A DNA stretch of 62,278 nt, counting the filler, from Dugesia japonica (Eukaryota), in NCBI GenBank assembly GCA_001938525.1. It is 5 parts of 5 records of this genome, joined end to end, with 100 filler letters (N's around TTAATTAATTAA, not from the genome) between each part and the next. Parts side by side here need not be neighbours in the genome. Positions count along the whole stretch, not along the records: positions 53,380 to 62,278 come from MQRL01641650.1; 4 more parts are not named here. One strand, written 5' to 3'. Of this stretch, positions 54,094-62,278 are shown in pieces. The translations under genes and the position numbers were made by a program. Every line of letters begins with the position of its first letter. Position 1 is the stretch's first letter. Under the pieces are notes generated by a model. That model did no database searches. It was given only the letters and a program-made list of their open reading frames with translations, and was not told where the DNA came from.

Positions 54094-54254
54094 AAAAAAT
54101 ATTATATTACAATATAAGTAGAAACTTATAACAAATTTTTAACTTACATGTTATAAGTACAGAATAGAGTCACTTTATAAGCAAAATTATCAATTAAAAT
54201 ATTGATTTAATTTAAATGTCAAATTAAAATTTTTTTGAAATTATTTTAATATTT

Positions 54255-56738
54255 TTGAATCTCGTCAAAACCTGACAAAAACCAAACAATNNNNNNNNNN
54301 NNNNNNNNNNNNNNNNNNNNNNNNNNNNNNNNNNNNNNNNNNNNNNNNNNNNNNNNNNAGGAGATAAAATTTTGGGACAAGTTATTAGTAAAGAATGTGT
54401 CAAAACAGATCCAACTAAAATAAAAGCAATTAAGAACTTTGGTAAACCAAAAGGCGTTAAGAAAATGAGAAGCTTTTTGTAAATTTGCAATTACTATAGC
54501 AAGTTTATTAAAGATTATTCAAAAAAAGCTAGATTGCTGGAACAACTGTGTAGTGGGTCGAGTAACAAGAAAATTGAATGGGCAAACGAATTAGAAGAAG
54601 TTTTTAATGGTATGAAAGAAGCACTAATAGTGTATTCAATAGTATCGTTTTCAGATATAAATAGAGGATTTATTTTGGACACGGGTGCGAGTTTTGATAC
54701 GATTTTGGCAGTACTATCTCAGAAGGACAGCAATGGAGAAGAAAGAGTAATTGCATATGGGTCACACGCAATGACGAGTCATGAAAAAGGATATTGTACT
54801 ACGCGAAAAGAATTACTCACAATTTACTACATTTATATTCATTTCAAACATCATATATATGGGAGAAGATTTATACTTAAAACAGACCATAAAGCTATTA
54901 CTTTTATGCTAAATACCAATAAGCCGATTACATAACAGTTTCAAACCTGGACTAATTACTTAAGTAGTCTACATATAAAATTGGAATATAGAAAAAGATC
55001 GCTTCATACAAAGGCGGATATGTTATCAAGGAGTAAATGCGATACATGTGCACAATGTCTAATGTCACATAAAGATCCCAAAATTGGAAAATTAAAAACA
55101 AAAAGGTTAAATACAGTAGATATCCAAGGAAAACAAGGCAATTCTGGAGAAAATGATGAAGGAACATGGATACCTGATGATAAAGTAGAAGTTATAATGA
55201 GGATTCACCATCTTTTGTGTCATGCTGGAACAGAAAAGGTAGCAGCATATTTGAAGCATAAATATAACGTGAAACATTTGTGGAGCAAAGTAAAAGAGGT
55301 TGTCCGAAGCTAAAGTGTAAAAAACAAAAAAAAAGGAAGAAACGAAAAAGACGCAGCCTACCGATATGTTTGAACTGTTATTTATAGATGTCTGTGAACC
55401 ATTGTCGGAGACAAGATGCCGAAAAAATATGTTCTCGGTATAATATGTTCTCGTAAGTATGTAGCCCTGATAGCAATGACAAGACAAGATAAAGATACCA
55501 TACGGAAAGCAATAATGGAGAAGTGGATATTAATGTTTGGGTGTCCGAGAGAAATTAGAGTTGATTGTGGAAGAGTATTTGAGTCTAAATCAATGAAAGA
55601 TTTTGCAGCGGAACATGGAATTACCTTCAGGTTTTCAAGTTCATATCATCATAACACAAATTAACAAATCGAGAGGCAGTTTAGAACTAGGTGGGATATG
55701 ATAAATGCAACACTTAAAGAAAGGAAAACCTCAGATTGGGCGGGTGTATTGCCAGAGATAGAATTTACCTTAAATGCTAAAAAACAGAAGATCATTGGGA
55801 AAAGCCCTGCTGAAATCGTATTTGGGAAAAGAATTAGCAGTGAAAAATGCTACGAACCAAATACTCAAAGAGTGCATAAAGAGCAAGATGAAGAGATGTT
55901 AACCAAAAGACAATTCGATGTCGGTGATGAGATATTAATGAAAGTTGAAAGAATATCTGTATGTTCTTTGTATCTTTCAAAGAAGTCACTTACAATATCA
56001 ATGACATTTGTAGGTCCTTCAATTGTAATGTATCCACATTGATTTGCTACATCTTATGAACCAAATTTATCGATGTCGGTGATAAGATTTTAGTGAAAGT
56101 TGAAAAAAGAAATAAGAACCAAGATAGTTATGAAGGACCTTATAAGATCAAGAAGAAGGTTCACGGCAGACGTTACATCCTGGAAGATACAAACGGAAAA
56201 GTCTCGAAAGAAATGTGGAGAAGATCAAAAAATTTCTTAAAAAGAGGGATATGAGTGTTTTGAAAAGTGAGTTGAAATTTTTGTGTAATTGGTCATCATA
56301 TTTTTAAAATCTTTTGTTAAAAAGAAAGATTTAAATTATTGATAAAAAATTTAAATAAATATTTAGTTTAATGATAAATTAAAATTTTTGAGGAAACGGA
56401 AATTTGGCTAATTAAATAAATAAATAAAATGTTTATAAATAATGAAATTAAATTAATTTCAAATAAATAAGTTTCGATTTTAAAGATAAAGTAAAATTTT
56501 TAATAAGTAAAATTTTTTCTTAAATTTTAAATGAATAAATAAATAAAATGTTTTAAATAATGAAATGAAATTAATTTTAAATAAATAAAAGTTTCGTTTT
56601 AAAATTTTAAAAAATATGATCACCAATAAAAACACGAGATTTTAATTTGTTTGAATAAACAAATAATGTTAAGCATAGATTTTGTTTAAATAAATTTTGT
56701 AATGAATTCGAGTTCTTGATATTAATGATCAGATGGGT
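54255..56738 (+). mobile_element. Ty3/Gypsy family C 3' half (RT end, RNase H, integrase, PPT, 3' LTR from ~56251)
   Basis: LDTGASFDTILAVLSQ, LKTDHKA, IHHLLCHAG, EIRVDCG, YEGPYKI and PPT AAAAGAGGGA. LTR matches 15402-15849. Confidence 0.9.
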
Positions 56739-56759
56739 TTTTGGTTTTAGAAAATTAGT

Positions 56760-57215
56760 TTCAAAACCGGTGAATTCTCTAAATATTTGAAATCATTTTT
56801 GGTGATTTCTGGAATATCTGTATGTTCTTTGTATCTTTCAAAGAAGTCACTTACAATATCAATGACATTTTTAGGTCCTTCAATTGTAATGTATCCATAT
56901 TGATTTGCTACATCTTATGAACCAAATTTATCATCACTATTCCAGTCATAATTTTTAATTCGTTCGATAAACTTGTAACTAATCTTTAAATGTGCCGGAA
57001 TGAAACTTAATAGTGATTTTAATATATCTGCCATAAGTTTGCATAATGCAGTAGAAGGAGTGTCTGAGGCGTTGACAATAAGTCTTTCTGTCATTGTTGT
57101 TTTGCGATCTTTAGAAACACAGTACATCGAGGATGGAACTGGTTCATGACATTTGACGGTTAAAAGTAAAGATTTTATTGGGTCTTCATATTTTTCTGCT
57201 ATTTGAATTAATTGT
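56760..57215 (-). mobile_element. Penelope-like reverse transcriptase N-terminal remnant
   Basis: MYCVSKDRK..RLIVNASDTPSTALCKLMADILKSLL..HLKISYKFIERIK..FGS*DVANQY fits the PLE pattern YGLPK.HK..RPIV..SFDV..LY. Confidence 0.8.
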
Positions 57216-58577
57216 TTATTAAAACAAAATCAACAATTTCACATGTGATAGCAAATTGGATGATAAAAATGTTACTTAATAAGGGATAATAATTTGATAA
57301 AAAAATAAAGAATTTATTAATAACATCTTTAAATTATTTAGGGTTACTAAGTGACTTTTTTGTTTTTATTTTAACTTTTTATGATGAAATTAATTTTAAT
57401 AAAGCACTTTTGTAATTAATTATTTTTCAGTAAAATTAAATGTAATTAAATATTTTTTTATAATAAAATTTAGAATTTAGTGAAGAAAAACAAAAATTAT
57501 AACCGAAACATTAGTTTTAGTATTACATAGTACTTTTTAACACCAAGCAGAACATGAAGTATGTTGTTGAAGAGTAATAAAATAAAAGGCCCCCGAGTAC
57601 AAAACTAAGAAAAAGTCCCCAGGGTTAGGCATTTTGTAAATATTTTAACCCTGTCATAGAAATATTAAAAGTATTCAAAAATAAATAAAAATATTCAACT
57701 CTAAAGATTATTTGTCCTTGTTTTTCACTCAGGAACTTTTTGTCCGGTTACCGTTGTTGAAGTAACTTTTCAAATGACAAGTTATATTCTCTTCAACTAA
57801 AACCTCTTTAGCTTTTTTAAACTGTCAAATTTCAAGGATTTACTGTAGTTCAAACTATTAGTTAAAGTTTATTTCAACTTTGATTTAGAATGAAAGAAAT
57901 AATTTTTACTTGGACTCTGTGAGATGTGATTAATTATAATAATGATAATTAAATATTTTATGTTATGTAATTGTATGTTTGCATGTNNNNNNNNNNNNNN
58001 NNNNNNNNNNNNNNNNNNNNNNNNNNNNNNNNNNNNNNNNNNNNNNNNNNNNNNNNNNNNNNNNNNNNNNNNNNNNNNNNNNNNNNNNNNNNNNNATTTT
58101 TGATATCATTACTTATCTCTCTCTCTCTTATTTTTACTTAACAGGCTCTATTTATTTAAAAAATAATAAAATGCAATGACATCTAACTACAGATATCCTA
58201 TATAATATTTTCCTGATGAGTTTATAAGTTACATAATAAATTTTACAATTGTTATTACATAATTATTCCATATTGGATTTTAAAATCTCAATGTTTGACG
58301 GTAATATTGAGAATAAAAATTCCTGATAAATTATGAAACCTTGTTGAACGTTAATAAAGATGAGACCACTTTCTGTTTATTTGTTGAAATAATCATAGAA
58401 TGTAAAAATATAGAATAGTTTTTTCAGACCCTACGAAATTACGTTAGCTCAGAAGAAGAAATATTTTATAAATCTATTCTATTAAGTTTTAATTAATTTT
58501 TTAATATTAATCAATTTATTATTTAAAGTCAATTACTAAACTTTAAAAAATTATTTTCTATATTCCAGAACTTACTA

Positions 58578-58720
58578 CCTTGTTTTTCTATTATAGGTCG
58601 CACTTTATAATGTTGTTCATACAGTTTTTCAGTAATAGAGTGTTCTATAGGGTTTTCAATCGTAGAAATAAATCATTTCTAAGAAGTCCGGTCTGTTATA
58701 AACCGATATTTGTCACACTT
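58578..58720 (-). mobile_element. Possible piggyBac transposase fragment
   Basis: HYKVRPIIE preceded by DFLEMIYF recalls the piggyBac RF..LHF..YKVRPLI region. Confidence 0.35.
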
Positions 58721-59848
58721 TTCTCTTTTAACAAACAACGATTTATAAAAACAACTTTAAAAATCAGCAAGTTAGACATTAAACTTTATTTATTTTATTT
58801 TTATAAAGGTAACCAATCGGATTTCAAGAAATCAATATAAATATATTAGATATTTGTATTTAAAACTTACTAAACCTTATTTGGTATATTAGTAACTTGA
58901 TGGATCAGCAATCATCTTCAGATTAATAATAATTCAAATTTGAACGTGTATTCATTGATAAGAAATTATTTTGTCATAGAGTGTAAAAATCAATTAAAAA
59001 GAGTCAGTAGTTTAGTTTAAATTGTATTCGGAACAAAAACTTTGAGATAAAAAGGTTTTATTACTTTTCCATATATAATTCTAACCTTGAAAGTTTAAAA
59101 TAATTAGCACAGAATATTAAAGCCATTCTTTATAATTCAACTATTATAAAATTTAAAATATTTAGTAACATTAAAAACAAAATTCTAACTATAAACAAGG
59201 TTTTTTTGAATGGCAGCGTAGTGTAATGACACTCCATTTCCCTTTTTTTGGTAATTCATAACATTTTCATAAAGGATTTTCCTGAAATTCACTTTTCGGC
59301 AATTTGAAAATATCTTGTCACTATAATATGTACCTAATGAGTAGACTATCATTTCAATTTAATTCCATTATTTTGTGTTTTAGTGATCGAACACAAGAGC
59401 TTTATGGTTACTCAACAACGACACTCAGTCATCGACATTAAAAGAAGAGAAAGGAGAAGAGATTATGTCACGGATGAGAATTGGATGAAACTATGGAATT
59501 TTATATAATGCAGCGATCATAGTCTGGACAACTTTTAATTTCTGTTTCTCAAAAAAAATTAAATATTTTTGAATGAGCTCTATTTCCTTTTAGTTTACAA
59601 AACAATGCAAGACTATTATTACTTTCTATAATTAATTTTAAATTTATATTTTAGAAATCAATTAAAAAAAATTGAAAAAATTATTAAAATTAGTTATTAA
59701 CTATTTCGTTACCAAACTAAATTCCATTGGGAAATAAATTAATAGTAATNNNNNNNNAACTTGAAATACCACACTAAATAAGTAAAACATTAATCGGCTG
59801 TATTCACTTTGTGAGTCATGACTTTTCAAATTATACAAACCATCCAAT

Positions 59849-60458
59849 TACGGGTGCTAGGTATCCGGATTTGAACCGGACAGTCCGTTAATTCAACTGC
59901 TTGTCCGATGGGAAAAAAATAGAAGGACCGGACGTACATCAGGTATTCCTTCCAAGGGTTCGAAAATTTCTAAATTTAATATTTTTTTACCTCAATAGAC
60001 TATGTAAAATTCTATTTTATAAAAATCATAGTTCAATATGTAAAATGTTAAAGTAGTATTTAAATGGAAACACTTGAAGGAACATCTTCTCTTGAAAATT
60101 GGGACTATTTTTTTCAAAAGTAGTCTGCACCAAATTTATTAAAAATAGATCAGTTCGTCTTTTCGATTCCAGTTTCGAATGTGAATGTTGAAAAGATTTT
60201 TAGTGTAATGGGCAATCTATGGACCAACGAACGTTATTGAATGTTGTTGAATTTAGTTAAAAACGAGCTTTGTATCTTCTTTAATATTCCTTATCCGTGC
60301 CAAAATGTAAGAGAAATATGTTCTTAAAATAAAAAAGCACTAAAAGCTACTTCCCAAGATGAAAAATATAAAATAAATAAAAAAGCATAGTTTTATTTAG
60401 AAAAGTTTCATTTTAAAATTTTGTCCGGTATTTTTTACGGTTTTACCTGGCAACCCTA
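59849..60458 (+). mobile_element. Internally deleted hAT element with 8-bp TSD
   Basis: TIRs TACGGGTGCTAGGT and ACCTGGCAACCCTA. TSD CATCCAAT/CATACAAT (7 of 8). C-terminal IPVSNVNVEKIFSVMGNLWTNER. Confidence 0.85.
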
Positions 60459-60594
60459 CATACAATGAGCACATATTTTAATTCCTGACCAAAAAACATT
60501 AAAATAAATTCACTAACTCTTTTTGGTATCGTGGGTAATAAAAGAGTTAATAGNGAATTTTTCAAATTTCACAGTTAAGATTCTAATATTTATT

Positions 60595-61304
60595 TAACCC
60601 TCCTGTTCTTGAATGGGATTGTAATATACTCCAAAATTCTTATTATGTTAAACTTTTGTGAAATACAAAAAGTATCTATGTGATATTCTTTCATTTCTTG
60701 CAGTTATTTTATACTATTCTGAAATTAATTCGTAATATATAGATGTTTATAACTTATTATGAAATTTATTATAATAGAATACTCAGATTTTAATGGGATC
60801 ACTTTGTACCCCATTCCGGTTTTTTATTTCATTTTTGAAGTGTCGATACTCGAAGCTTAATAAATTATAATGTTTTTATGAAACTATGTTTTATATAGTA
60901 ATTAAATTAAAGTGAGGAATAACTACCTACCTCCAGTAATTTTGATGCTTCCTCTTCTCCTAAAACCGCTTGTTTAATAGCAATAATTTCTTTTTTAGTA
61001 ATAATCAGTTCCTTTTTCGTAAAATGTTTTTTCTCCAATAAATCATCTTGCATATCCATTAATCTTTTCTGACAAAACCATAAGATTTTTACTGTGATTA
61101 TACAAAAAAAATTCTCACTCTGGTTTCTTGAACCTGCTTGCAATGCTTTGATACATTAGCGGGTAGAAGTCCATATGCCATATTTTGCATTTCTTCAATA
61201 ACGCTATCAGCTTCTACTAAACCCTTAAATAATGATTTAAATTCATAATAAATATTTTTTAAATCAAAAGGAATTTTAAAGGAAATTAAAATAAAAATAA
61301 ACAT
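60595..61304 (-). other. Unassigned frameshifted coding remnant near a TTAA-CCC (piggyBac-like) end
   Basis: Overlapping ORFs 61098-61304 and 60907-61143 look like one disrupted reading frame. TTAACCCTCC at 60594. Family not recognised. Confidence 0.3.
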
Positions 61305-62278
61305 TAAATTTGTAGGATTTAATAAAAACCAATAAAACAGACACAGGAAACTTTGCCTATTGTTAAGTAAAACATGTTTAATATATTTTTATTTAATGTC
61401 TTTTATTTTTATCATTGTTATATATAAATTACACTTCAATTTGATTAAAATAAAACCAGAAGTATTTGATTTTCAATCTTTTATTTAAGTTGAAAAGTCA
61501 ATGAGATTTTCATTTACATTTTTATTAAAGAATAAATTTTAAAAGAAACACTTATAAAAAAATATTTCAATTAAAACAGTTAAATGCCTAGATCATTGAC
61601 TTCAAACTTATGATGGTTAAGCGGGTACCAATTTAAAATACGTGAAAACCGTTAATAAAGTATTTAAATAAGAGCAAGAAAAAATAGTTTAAATCACAAA
61701 TCTATTAACTAATATTATTAATACTCGCGTCTATGACTGCCTATCTTACTCTCCTCCTCACTTTAATTTTTAACATTCCAATAATTATCAAATAACTATA
61801 GTAATTCTAGCTTAGTATATTATTTCTCTACTGCTGCTAATTCAAACAACCAAGTTATGAGGTATGTTAGTGTCAATCTTAAAAAAATTATGGAGGTTAT
61901 AATAATTGAAATGAAATAAGTAGAAAGTTTAATCAAAAGGTACAGGAGAAAAAGATTGGAAAAAACTGATTTAGATTGTAAAAAACAGTAAAAAAGTAAA
62001 CTTAAAGAAAAACTAGTAGTATTTATAACTATTAGTTAAATTTAAAACTTTACAATTTTCCATAAGTTTTATTTATTATCACAAATATTTTTATCTTTTT
62101 GAAATCAAATCACACATAGTTATGCAAATTATATAAGGAAGAAAGAATAAATTGTTAGTGTACCACATTCGTGATAATAAACTTTGTTAATTGTCTTTGT
62201 TTTACTACTGTTAGACGTATTTTTAACACATCGAGTTTTTTATGGTATGGAGTATAAATATAAATATATATATATATA

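Noticed and set aside
20980-58240. Other hammerhead-like words (~20985, ~23290, ~57480, ~58212)
   Set aside because: Each lacks a complete CUGANGA or GAAA box, or pairable stems.

Overview
This window is very AT-rich eukaryotic DNA from a gappy draft assembly. It is probably a planarian flatworm; that is an inference from the ~40-50 nt introns, (ATT)n microsatellites, GPCR type and transposon repertoire. Four N-TTAATTAATTAA-N spacers are artificial contig joins. Two host genes are supported: an intact intronless rhodopsin-class orphan GPCR (29648-30775 +) and three internal exons of a RERG/RERGL-like small GTPase (7514-8785 -) whose G2 and G3 motifs are non-canonical. The rest is decayed transposons: three Ty3/Gypsy-type LTR families, Polinton/Maverick fragments and termini, Penelope-like RT and GIY-YIG fragments, and mariner, Tc1/IS630, hAT, Chapaev-like, Harbinger-like and piggyBac-like remnants. 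The most notable observations are (1) the Gag frame starting in the LTR and reading through the tRNA primer-binding site, with the ATG formed at the CA|TG junction, seen in two families and predicted in a third; (2) dispersed minimal hammerhead ribozyme motifs, including a head-to-head inverted pair; (3) the pseudo-GTPase; (4) six Polinton termini; (5) a local templated insertion. All calls are by eye, without database searches, and boundaries of decayed elements are approximate.
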